Positions 38,504 to 46,881 of a DNA stretch of 64,000 nt are shown here, piece after piece. Under the pieces are notes generated by a model. The model worked only from the letters and a program-made list of their open reading frames with translations. It searched no databases and was not told the origin of the DNA. Location of the stretch: contig JAVJOD010000001.1 of NCBI GenBank assembly GCA_040216915.1, forward strand, positions 42,787 to 106,786, read 5' to 3'. Each line of letters starts with the position of its first letter. Position 1 is the stretch's first letter. Position numbers and translations under genes: made by a program. Source of the DNA: Cyclobacteriaceae bacterium (GTDB lineage: Bacteria > Bacteroidota > Bacteroidia > Cytophagales > Cyclobacteriaceae).

Positions 38504-39050
38504 GTTGGAAATAATGCTCTCTCAATTTCGCTATCGAACGATGTACCTTCACTTTTATGTTTGCCACCGTAGTATTCATGATGTCTGCCACCTCCTCATA
38601 TTTCATCTGCTGAAAGCGTGTGAGAACAAGCAGTTCACGCTGCTCTTCGTTGAGCATCGCCATTGATCGATATAGCAGGTCTTCTTTTTCGGATCTTTCC
38701 ATGTCCTCATGAGCGGTGGTGGCTTTGTTCCCAATATTTTCAACATCTACAAATCGGTTGATGCTATTCTTATGCTCCTGATAGTGGCTCGCAAACACAT
38801 TTCTAGCCATTTGATAAATCCATGGCTGAAATCTTTTCTCAGAATTATAGGAACTTCGATATTTTAACATTCGAAGAAATACATTTTGCGTCAAGTCACC
38901 ACCTGTTTCCTTATCCATACATAGTCTCGCCAGAAAATTGAAGATCCTCGTGTGGTATCTCTCATACAAAATGGAAGCCTGCTGGAGGTCGCCATTCTTT
39001 ACGGCCTCCATTAGTAGCTCGTCAGTCATCAGGATCCTGTTCTGTGTCAA
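38490..39050 (-). CDS. ECF-type RNA polymerase sigma-70 family factor
   Basis: 186 aa with region 2 (DLTQNVFLRML....F.PWIYQMARNV) and region 4 (LNEEQRELLVLTRFQQMKYEEVADIMNTTVANIKVKVHRS). Confidence 0.88.
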   Translation of the reverse strand: MTQNRILMTDELLMEAVKNGDLQQASILYERYHTRIFNFLARLCMDKETGGDLTQNVFLRMLKYRSSYNSEKRFQPWIYQMARNVFASHYQEHKNSINRFVDVENIGNKATTAHEDMERSEKEDLLYRSMAMLNEEQRELLVLTRFQQMKYEEVADIMNTTVANIKVKVHRSIAKLREHYFQLESK

Positions 39051-39135
39051 TTGTCGGGTTAGTTACCAGTTGGTGTATAAAAGGTTACAATTGGATTTAA
39101 AGAATTCAACCATTTCCCCATCTTTAGCAATATAA

Positions 39136-40041
39136 ATGCAGATTAAAGACAGACTCGCCAGTTCCGGCTACTTCATGGCTTTCCTTGCCACCGTAATTTG
39201 GTCAGGCAACTTTATAGTAGCAAGAGGATTAAGCTCAACCTTTTCCCCCATTTCTATTTCATTTTTTAGATGGCTTATCGCCACTATTGTCATCATCCCC
39301 CTGGCGTGGCCTTATCTGAAAAAAGATTTAGCCCTACTCAAAAGACAATGGAAGTTGATGATGGTCCTCGCCTTTCTGGGAGTGACGATGTTCAACACGT
39401 TAATCTACACTGCAGCACATTGGACCCCGGCACTAAATCTATCTTTGATTGCCATCACCGCACCTCTCTATGTTGTGCTGCTCAACAGGATTATTTTCAA
39501 GGAACACCTATTAAAGCAACAAGTGGTTGGGTTTGTTGTCTTAATCGCAGGCTTGCTGACATTACTCTCTAAGGGCAACCTGGACATCCTGCTACAGCTT
39601 GAATTTAATAAAGGAGATTTGACCATGGCGCTGGCCGCCTGTTTGTTTGCCAGCTACACAGCGCTAGTGAGAAAAAAAGATTCGCGTATAGGAAACCTTT
39701 CATTCGTGGCCACCACTTTCATTCTTGGTGAACTCATGTTGCTTCCTCTCTTTGTTGGCGAACAAATTTTGATTCCCACACCACTTTCCTTTACAGCAGA
39801 GAGTTTTTATCAATTAATCTATATCGGAGTGGGACCCTCGGTAATATCCTTTTATCTATGGAATAAGTCTATTGTCCTGATAGGATCTACAAAGGCAGCG
39901 ACTATCTACAATACCTTACCCATCTACAGCGCCTTTTTCGCTGCGATCATTCTACACGAAGCCGTGCTAACCGTACAAATAATCAGTTCGATCGTGATCG
40001 TTGCTGGAGTCTTACTGGTAGTACGTGCCAAAAAAGCATAG
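39136..40041 (+). CDS. EamA/DMT-family transporter
   Basis: 301 aa, about 10 TM helices, with the duplicated EamA pattern. Confidence 0.86.
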   Translation: MQIKDRLASSGYFMAFLATVIWSGNFIVARGLSSTFSPISISFFRWLIATIVIIPLAWPYLKKDLALLKRQWKLMMVLAFLGVTMFNTLIYTAAHWTPALNLSLIAITAPLYVVLLNRIIFKEHLLKQQVVGFVVLIAGLLTLLSKGNLDILLQLEFNKGDLTMALAACLFASYTALVRKKDSRIGNLSFVATTFILGELMLLPLFVGEQILIPTPLSFTAESFYQLIYIGVGPSVISFYLWNKSIVLIGSTKAATIYNTLPIYSAFFAAIILHEAVLTVQIISSIVIVAGVLLVVRAKKA

Positions 40042-40131
40042 TCAATCAATATTTCAAGTTTTTATCAGAAAAAGACGATATCGAGTGTCCACGTTTTGGG
40101 AATCCAGCACACTATAGTAGAAAAAGAAAAC

Positions 40132-40644
40132 ATGAAACTTGCTATTGTATTCTTGACCATTCAGGCGATCAGCCTGTCACTGTATGCGCAGAAGCATTTT
40201 AAAACCATTCCTTACGATCAATCGCTTGGCTCCCCCAAGGCCACTCTCGAAAGCCTGAAATGGCTTCCTGGCTCCTGGAAAGGAGAAGCCTTAGGCGGTT
40301 CTACGGAGGAAGTGTGGACTCCTCCCAGCGGTGGCTCTATGATGTGTGTATTTAAGTTAATCGTTGATGACAAAGTCTCCTTTTACGAACTCGTAACAAT
40401 TGTAGAGGAAAACGAAACGCTTCTACTCCGTTTAAAACACTTTGACAAAAATCTACATGGCTGGGAAACTAAAGACGAGACCATCGACTTCAGGCTGGTG
40501 AAGGTCATGCCCAACCGAGTTTACTTTGATGAATTTACCTTTGAGCGAATCAGCGAAAACGAAATCAATATATACGTAATGATAGGATCCCAAGACGGTT
40601 CCTCGGAAGAGGTGAAATTTAACTATCACAAATCGGATCTATAA
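40132..40644 (+). CDS. hypothetical secreted protein (DUF6265-like)
   Basis: Signal peptide MKLAIVFLTIQAISLSLYA, then ..L.WL.GSWKGE..GG..EE.W..P.GG.M. The ATG at 40132 is preferred to the TTG at 40096. The family call is from memory. Confidence 0.55.
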   Translation: MKLAIVFLTIQAISLSLYAQKHFKTIPYDQSLGSPKATLESLKWLPGSWKGEALGGSTEEVWTPPSGGSMMCVFKLIVDDKVSFYELVTIVEENETLLLRLKHFDKNLHGWETKDETIDFRLVKVMPNRVYFDEFTFERISENEINIYVMIGSQDGSSEEVKFNYHKSDL

Positions 40645-40669
40645 TTAAACTCACACTAACTTTAATACT

Positions 40670-41011
40670 ATGAAAAAATTTATGTTTCTCATTCGTGAAG
40701 ATCTTAAGCTGCTGGAGGCTATGACACAAGAACAACAGGATGCAGACCTTCAATCAATGGTGAAGTGGGTAGAAGAACTGACCCAGTCGAGCAACTTCGT
40801 GCAAGGTGAACCGCTAGAAAATGGGATGTCGTTAGTGGCTAAAGATAAAATCATTTCTGACGGTCCATTTATAGAGGCCAAAGAGGCAATTAGCGGGTAT
40901 ACCATAATAAACGCGAATTCATTGGAGCACGCATCAGAAATCGCATCAACCTGTCCATTGGTTTCCACAGGGCAAATAAAAATTGAAGTGAGACCAATCA
41001 TGCAATTTTAG
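40670..41011 (+). CDS. YciI-like (DGPF-motif) protein
   Basis: 113 aa with the SDGPFIEAKEAISGY motif characteristic of YciI-related proteins, which usually precede this class of sigma factor. Confidence 0.75.
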   Translation: MKKFMFLIREDLKLLEAMTQEQQDADLQSMVKWVEELTQSSNFVQGEPLENGMSLVAKDKIISDGPFIEAKEAISGYTIINANSLEHASEIASTCPLVSTGQIKIEVRPIMQF

Positions 41012-41015
41012 AAAG

Positions 41016-42248
41016 CTGTCTTCCTCGTCCCACGATATTGACCAACTATATAAGAAGAATTTTGGGCCACTCGTTGCAAGGCTTGCCAGGAGATATAACT
41101 GTGCTGACATTACCCGTATAGAAGATATCGTTCAAGACACCTTTTTAGTCGCGCAGCAACAGTGGCCTCAAGATGATCCAAGAAATCCAAGCGCATGGCT
41201 ATACAAGGTAAGCGCTAATATTGCCAGCAAGAAAATACAAACTACCACTGCGTTGGCTTCATTTCCTGTCGAAAGTGATCCTAATTGGCCCACGTCAGCG
41301 CCAGCCGATATAGATGATAATGCAGAAGTTTCTATTGAATTCCTGACGATTTGCGCCTCACTGCCCTTCTCTCCAAGACAGCAGATTATTTTTGCGCTTC
41401 GTTACGCAGCAAGTTTCAAAATCAGTCAGATTGCTTTTGTCCTCGGCACCTCTGCAGAAACAATTTCAAAAATCCTTCAGCGGATAAAGAGCAAAATTAA
41501 GATGAAGACCCCATCAAATTTGTATGATGTGCAGATCAAGGAGGATGACAGGTTGACGGTTTTAAAAATTTTATACTTGATGTTCAACGAAGGTTATAAG
41601 ACCTCCAGAGGGGAGGAACCAATCAACGAAACCTTGTGCGAAGATGCTTTTGCTTTAACACAAAGCATTGTTAACAATCCAAAGTGGTCATCCAAAGAAA
41701 GTAAGGCCCTCTTAGCATTGATGTTGTATAACCTTGCAAGGTTTGACGCCCGATATAACACTCAGGGAGAAATTGTTGACCTGGAAGCACAAAACAGAGC
41801 CAACTGGAATCATGACATGATAAGGGTGGGTAACAAGTACCTGAAAGAGGCCCAAAAAGAGGATGTTAGCACCTATCACTTAGAAGCCACCATCGCTTAC
41901 CTACATTGTGCAGCACCCTCCTTTGCAGAAACAGATTGGCCAGCCATCATTAGAATTTATGAACAGTTGGCCGCCTTCAATAAATCACCTTTTGTCAGGC
42001 TTAGCTTGGGAATTGCGCAGTTCTATTCGGGACAAACATTAAAGGCCTTGCGCACCTTACAGGAACTTGGATCATATGTGTACATTAATAACTACTACAT
42101 TTATCATACTGCGCTGGGAAAAATTTTCTACGAATTAGGTGACAGGGAGCAGTCCCTTGCGCATTTACAACAGAGTCTTACACTTGCTACCAGCCCTATT
42201 GAAAAAAGGCATATCGATAAAATTATTCGGCAAATCGCTAAGACTTAA
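41016..42248 (+). CDS. ECF-like sigma factor with long C-terminal TPR-like extension (start codon unresolved)
   Basis: In frame with 41253..42248, the upstream 237 nt encode sigma region 2 (IDQLYKKNFGPLVARLARRY..IEDIVQDTFLVAQQQWP...NPSAWLYKVSANIA). Region 4 is at LPFSPRQQIIFALRYAASFKISQIAFVLGTSAETISKILQR. There is no ATG, GTG or TTG between the stop at 40989 and 41253. The CTG at 41016 or the ATT at 41037 are the only plausible starts. Confidence 0.65.
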   Translation: MSSSSHDIDQLYKKNFGPLVARLARRYNCADITRIEDIVQDTFLVAQQQWPQDDPRNPSAWLYKVSANIASKKIQTTTALASFPVESDPNWPTSAPADIDDNAEVSIEFLTICASLPFSPRQQIIFALRYAASFKISQIAFVLGTSAETISKILQRIKSKIKMKTPSNLYDVQIKEDDRLTVLKILYLMFNEGYKTSRGEEPINETLCEDAFALTQSIVNNPKWSSKESKALLALMLYNLARFDARYNTQGEIVDLEAQNRANWNHDMIRVGNKYLKEAQKEDVSTYHLEATIAYLHCAAPSFAETDWPAIIRIYEQLAAFNKSPFVRLSLGIAQFYSGQTLKALRTLQELGSYVYINNYYIYHTALGKIFYELGDREQSLAHLQQSLTLATSPIEKRHIDKIIRQIAKT

Positions 42249-42669
42249 GCAAGCCTTTTTGTCGCATGATTCGATCCAGTGTTGTTTCTGCGAGAATCTT
42301 CAATGTCTCGTCACGCACACCAATGAACGCAGATCGAATTCCACAGTTCACCTCATCCCTGCACTCATCACATGATTCATAGTAATTCAACGATACACAA
42401 GGTAGCATCGCAATGGCACCATCCATCAAACGGATGATCTCTATCAGATTGACATCCTCAGGTTTGCGCTGTAGATAATATCCGCCTCCCTTCCCTTTCT
42501 TACTCTGCAGCACTTTTGCATTTCTCAATTCAAGTAAAATGGCTTCGAGAAATTTCTTTGGAATGTTTTCTCGTTCAGCAATTTCCTGAATATGTATAGG
42601 TCCCTCCTCAAAGCGCTCCGCCAGGTGGACCAATGCATGGATGGCATATTTACATTTCTTGGATAACAT
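42238..42669 (-). CDS. Rrf2-family transcriptional regulator (probable Fe-S cluster ligands)
   Basis: MLSKKCKYAIHALVHLA winged-helix N-terminus and a Cys cluster C-x8-C-x2-C-x6-C. Start placed at the internal ATG 42669. The 3' end overlaps the sigma gene by 11 nt. Confidence 0.85.
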   Translation of the reverse strand: MLSKKCKYAIHALVHLAERFEEGPIHIQEIAERENIPKKFLEAILLELRNAKVLQSKKGKGGGYYLQRKPEDVNLIEIIRLMDGAIAMLPCVSLNYYESCDECRDEVNCGIRSAFIGVRDETLKILAETTLDRIMRQKGLLKS

Positions 42670-42785
42670 TCTACTCAATTTATCAATATCTAAAGCATTT
42701 GCCCAATCCTCACTAAAAAATGCGTCAAGATTCTCAAACCATCTGATCCACAAACTATCGTAGAATATTTATTTAATTTTGACGG

Positions 42786-43229
42786 ATGGTTATTTCAAAA
42801 CCTACGGGTAGAACACTAATATCCTTTTCACTTTTTCTAATTATTGCTTTTGTGCTCGTGGGCATGAGCGCTATCACCATTTACAATGACACTACTCCCC
42901 CATGGTATTCCTATCTGATTGTAAGTTCTCTTGGGCCCATCTCTGCCTTCCTCTTGTTTAGATTGATATTTGGATATAAGGTGATTCGCCTCGGCAACAA
43001 TCAAATCGAAATTTTCCGACCCGCGCTGAATCGCAGGGTTCACTACAAGCTTGAGCAAGTGGACCACTGGAAAGAGTCGAAGGTCAAAACCGGAAAATCA
43101 ACCACCTACAAGGAACTTGAAGTCAGGTTTGAGGGCGGAAAGAAGATTCAGGTGGGCCATCAGGAGTACTCCAACTATGGTCCTATGATTTCGTACCTTA
43201 AAAAGAAGGCGGGAAAGAAAGAAAGGTAG
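42786..43229 (+). CDS. hypothetical membrane protein (2 TM + soluble C-terminal domain)
   Basis: 147-aa ORF with two N-terminal hydrophobic helices. No family recognised. Confidence 0.5.
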   Translation: MVISKPTGRTLISFSLFLIIAFVLVGMSAITIYNDTTPPWYSYLIVSSLGPISAFLLFRLIFGYKVIRLGNNQIEIFRPALNRRVHYKLEQVDHWKESKVKTGKSTTYKELEVRFEGGKKIQVGHQEYSNYGPMISYLKKKAGKKER

Positions 43230-43309
43230 GGCTTGCTGCCATTGGGAAAGTATTAAATCCTTCCTACTTTTGCCCTCTCTCAAAAATCTTTGGTCACTGC
43301 TATGCATTA

Positions 43310-43391
43310 GCCCAGGTGGTGAAATTGGTAGACACGCTACTTTGAGGGGGTAGTTCCGCAAGGTGTGCTGGTTCGAGTCCAGTCCTGGGCA
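43310..43391 (+). tRNA. tRNA-Leu (anticodon GAG)
   Basis: Folded by hand. Acceptor GCCCAGG/CCTGGGC; anticodon stem CTACT/GGTAG; loop TTGAGGG; long variable arm (type II); T arm GCTGG-TTCGAGT-CCAGT. No encoded CCA. Confidence 0.85.
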
Positions 43392-43448
43392 CAATTTGTT
43401 TAAGAAGGCTCTAAGCCGAGCCTTCTTAAATTTCGAAATCACATCTCC

Positions 43449-43685
43449 ATGATAATTGTCTATGCGTTGAGCAGCCTGCGTAGAAAATTCATATATGTGG
43501 GCATGACCAATGATCTGAATAAGAGAATTCAGCAGCACAACGCTGGTCAGAATCGAAGCACAAAGCCCTTTATCCCTTTTAAACTTCTCTACAGCGAACA
43601 ACACCCTGATCGGATTAGCGCAAGAGTTAGATAAAAATATCTGAAATCCGGTATAGGTAAGGACTTTCTTCGAAGCCTGACTTGA
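43449..43685 (+). pseudogene. GIY-YIG nuclease family gene interrupted by an in-frame TAA (43632..43634)
   Basis: MIIVYALSS..FIYVGMTNDLNKRIQQHNAG.N.STKP..PFKLLY is the GIY-YIG core. After the TAA the same frame continues KYLKSGIGKDFLRSLT* (to 43685), which is the conserved family C-terminus (..EKYLKSG.G..F). This implies GAA->TAA. Confidence 0.62.
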
Positions 43686-43697
43686 GTATCTTTTTGG

Positions 43698-43740
43698 GGT
43701 TCGAGCCTGCCTGCGGTAGGCAGGTCCAGTCCTGGGCACA
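43698..43740 (+). repeat. second copy of the tRNA-Leu 3' end (GGTTCGAG / TCCAGTCCTGGGCACA) split by a 19-nt GC hairpin
   Basis: 43370..43393 (ggttcgagtccagtcctgggcaca) recurs as ggttcgag (43698..43705) + cctgcctgcggtaggcagg + tccagtcctgggcaca (43725..43740). Confidence 0.75.
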
Positions 43741-43766
43741 AAAAAACCGCTTGAAGCGGTTTTTTT
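43741..43766. terminator. bidirectional intrinsic terminator
   Basis: AAAAAACCGC-TTGAA-GCGGTTTTTT: a GC core flanked by an A-run and a T-run. Confidence 0.6.
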
Positions 43767-44120
43767 ATTTTATTCAGCAGCATCATTAATTAATGCGTCA
43801 ACCTCGTCCACAGCAATTTGCCATTGCTATGGCTCTGTTCATTTTGCCTTGCGTACTTTGCAGCCAAAGCAAAGAACATTACGTAAAACAGCACAATAGA
43901 CATTAAGAAAAGATGGAACATAGGCGTAAATTTATTTATTCAAAAGTGATAAACCCTTAAATAATCTACACGTCTACAACCCTCAACAGATAACAAGCGT
44001 AATATCCTTGAACATTTTGCCAATTTTGCCTGTAGCATTGTCAGATAAGAATTGCTGATTATTGCCCAAAATGGCATGTTTATGGTGAATATTGAAGAGG
44101 AGGCTTAAAAAGTGAAATCA

Positions 44121-45761
44121 ATGAGAAGACAATTTATTACGTGCGTTTTACTCCTTTTATTAAACGGTTTTGCAATTCAGGTCACCATTTCTCAAGACCT
44201 GGATGGTCCACGCAAGCCTCCAAAGGATTGGCATCTTAAAGATCCTGAACAAAATAGGGTGCAAGGGATAAGTGCCGAACGTGCCTATGAAACGGTATTA
44301 AAAAATCAACCATCCCGTACAGTCATTGTAGCTGTAATAGATTCAGGCGTAGACATCGAGCACGAGGATTTGAAAGATGTAATCTGGACTAATGAAAAAG
44401 AAATTGCAGGCAATGGAATTGACGATGATAACAATGGCTACGTAGATGATGTGCATGGATGGAATTTCATTGGAGGCAAGAACGGGAATGTAAATGAAGA
44501 CACAAGTGAACTCACACGCGAGTATGTACGATTGATGGCAAAGTATGACGGCATTGAGGAGAAGAAGGTTCCAAAAAGAGACAGAGAGGAATATGCGCAG
44601 TACGAGAAAATCAAGAAGAAGTATGAGGCCTTATTAGACAAAAACGCGGAACAATACGAGTTATACAGCACCCTGTATGAAAACGTGGCGCAAAGTGTGG
44701 ACACGCTTAGTAGTCTCCTTCAAACTGACTCTCTTACCCAAGAGGCTATCAAAAACTTTGAGACGTCTGACCCAACCTTATTGTTTTCCAAGGGCATGGT
44801 CCTGAATATTTACAAGAACATAGGGCCTGATGAAAGTATTGAAGATTTTCTATCGCAGCTAAAAGAAGCTACCACTTATTTTGGACAGGTAGTAAACTAT
44901 GGCTACAACAAAGACTTTGACCCGCGTAGCATTATTGGAGATGACTACTCAAACTTTTACGAAAGGGTCTACGGCAACAATGATGTAACCGGGCCAGATG
45001 CCATGCACGGTACCCATGTGGCTGGCATCATTGGTGCCAATCGCAAAAATGATATTGGAATAAATGGCATTGCAGACAATGTTAGAATAATGTCAGTCCG
45101 CACTGTACCCAATGGCGATGAACGAGACAAGGACGTGGCTAATGCTATTATTTACGCGGTGGATAATGGTGCGCACGTGATCAATATGAGTTTTGGTAAA
45201 TCGCTCTCCCCGCAAAAAGAGGTAGTGGACAAAGCTGTGAAGTATGCGGAACAGAAAGGTGTCATTCTAGTTCATGCCGCTGGAAATGATTCCGACAACA
45301 TAGATGAAAAAGTAAACTACCCCTCGCGCTTCTACCTAAATGGTAAGGAGGCAAAAAATTGGATTGAAGTCGGTGCCTCCTCATGGGGTGCAGACAAAGA
45401 CTTTGTGGGTAGTTTTTCGAACTATGGGAAAAAGTCCGTTGACCTCTTCGCACCGGGTGTCTCCGTCTATTCCACCACCTTGGATGACACGTATCGAAAT
45501 CAGGATGGGACTAGTATGGCCAGCCCAGTAGTGACCGGTGTGGTGGCTGTAATTCTGTCCTACTTCCCTGAATTCACAACCCAGGAAGTCATCGATGTCG
45601 TACTTCAATCAACGCGCAAATTTGATAACTTAAGCATCTCGAGGCCCGGAGGTAAGGGGGAAGTGGAATTTGCCGAATTGAGCAAGACGGGAGGATTGAT
45701 CAATATGTACGAAGCAGTACGGCTTGCGCGAGAATTAAAAACTCAGCGTCTGGTCAAATAG
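44121..45761 (+). CDS. secreted S8-family (subtilisin-like) serine peptidase
   Basis: Signal peptide. Catalytic triad motifs VAVIDSGVD, HGTHVAGIIG and GTSMASPVVTG. The ATG at 44121 is preferred over the GTG at 44112. Confidence 0.9.
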   Translation: MRRQFITCVLLLLLNGFAIQVTISQDLDGPRKPPKDWHLKDPEQNRVQGISAERAYETVLKNQPSRTVIVAVIDSGVDIEHEDLKDVIWTNEKEIAGNGIDDDNNGYVDDVHGWNFIGGKNGNVNEDTSELTREYVRLMAKYDGIEEKKVPKRDREEYAQYEKIKKKYEALLDKNAEQYELYSTLYENVAQSVDTLSSLLQTDSLTQEAIKNFETSDPTLLFSKGMVLNIYKNIGPDESIEDFLSQLKEATTYFGQVVNYGYNKDFDPRSIIGDDYSNFYERVYGNNDVTGPDAMHGTHVAGIIGANRKNDIGINGIADNVRIMSVRTVPNGDERDKDVANAIIYAVDNGAHVINMSFGKSLSPQKEVVDKAVKYAEQKGVILVHAAGNDSDNIDEKVNYPSRFYLNGKEAKNWIEVGASSWGADKDFVGSFSNYGKKSVDLFAPGVSVYSTTLDDTYRNQDGTSMASPVVTGVVAVILSYFPEFTTQEVIDVVLQSTRKFDNLSISRPGGKGEVEFAELSKTGGLINMYEAVRLARELKTQRLVK

Positions 45762-45848
45762 TATTCACAAGTGGTTAACATTTCTTTAACAACTTGTTGA
45801 CATAATTTGAAGTACTCTAGTAAGATCTTAGTGCATAAAATTTACGCA

Positions 45849-46463
45849 ATGAGATCATTGGTACATATAATGTTAGCAAGTATTCTATACTATAGTTGCA
45901 CCTCTTCAAATAACAGAAGTAATAGACGCCTAGAGTATGTAAAGCAATATCTTAGAACCACAGTCTCTCAAAGTGATCTAAAGTGGCAATTCACAACAGA
46001 TACAATTAGGGTCTGGTTTGATGACCGAAACGGAAAACCCAATCTCAATTACAAAAACAGGAAGTTAAACAAATGGGCTGAGTGGGATGTGGTGATGAAT
46101 TCAACCACCTCTTACGATTCACTATGGTATGATCAAGAAAGTCAAACCGTACAAGGTCACTTCTACGAGTACAATGACTTTTACAAACTAATTGGTCGGC
46201 CACCTAACAAAACGCTGCGCACCTATTGGTTTAGCGATCAAGATAAAATTAAGGAGATTCTCATTTATTGGATACCTGAAGATAATAAGACATCTGATGA
46301 ATTTCTTCCGCCTATTATTGAATGGACTAAGAAGTACTATCCTGTGGAGATCAATGAGCTTTACACCAATCAGGAAATTAAGCCGTCTACACAAAATGCA
46401 ATTAGATGGAAAACCCTTCTGGAAAAATTTCACCATTTTCACGATTCAATTAAAGGAAGATAG
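45849..46463 (+). CDS. hypothetical lipoprotein/secreted protein
   Basis: MRSLVHIMLASILYYSCTSS lipobox-like N-terminus. The ATG at 45849 is preferred over the TTG at 45807. No family recognised. Confidence 0.5.
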   Translation: MRSLVHIMLASILYYSCTSSNNRSNRRLEYVKQYLRTTVSQSDLKWQFTTDTIRVWFDDRNGKPNLNYKNRKLNKWAEWDVVMNSTTSYDSLWYDQESQTVQGHFYEYNDFYKLIGRPPNKTLRTYWFSDQDKIKEILIYWIPEDNKTSDEFLPPIIEWTKKYYPVEINELYTNQEIKPSTQNAIRWKTLLEKFHHFHDSIKGR

Positions 46464-46871
46464 ATGCTAAAGGGATTTTATACAGATGCAGGACTGCTGA
46501 TCCTGAGAATAGGCGCGGGATTGTTTATGGCATTTGGGCATGGCTTGGGAAAAATGCCTCCATCCGAAGGGCTGATCAAGAGCACAGGTGAATTAGGATT
46601 TCCACTTCCTGTTCTCTTTGCGTGGATGGCGGGTATTTCAGAATTCGCTGGAGGCCTACTCATTGCTGCAGGTATCTTTACCCGACCTGCAGCCTTTCTT
46701 TGGATTTGCACCATGAGTACTGCAGCATTTCTGAGGCATGCAGATGATCCCTTTGGCTCAAAAGAGAAAGCACTTCTCTATTTGACGATTGGCTTGTGTC
46801 TATTTCTAGCAGGCGGAGGGAAATACAGTTTGAGTAAACTTCTTTTCAAGAACGATAATACGCTCCTGTAA
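46464..46871 (+). CDS. DoxX-family membrane protein
   Basis: 135 aa with 4 TM helices and a DoxX pattern (LLILRIGAGLFMAFGHGLGK ... AGISEFAGGLLIA.G..TR). Confidence 0.83.
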   Translation: MLKGFYTDAGLLILRIGAGLFMAFGHGLGKMPPSEGLIKSTGELGFPLPVLFAWMAGISEFAGGLLIAAGIFTRPAAFLWICTMSTAAFLRHADDPFGSKEKALLYLTIGLCLFLAGGGKYSLSKLLFKNDNTLL

Positions 46872-46881
46872 AAAGTGTCGG

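Noticed and set aside
43098-43739. 213-aa minus-strand ORF (and 43589..43786) in the ORF track
   Set aside because: It runs antisense through tRNA-Leu and the GIY-YIG gene, has a low-complexity Arg/Ser/Leu-rich translation, and shows no family resemblance. I treat it as spurious.
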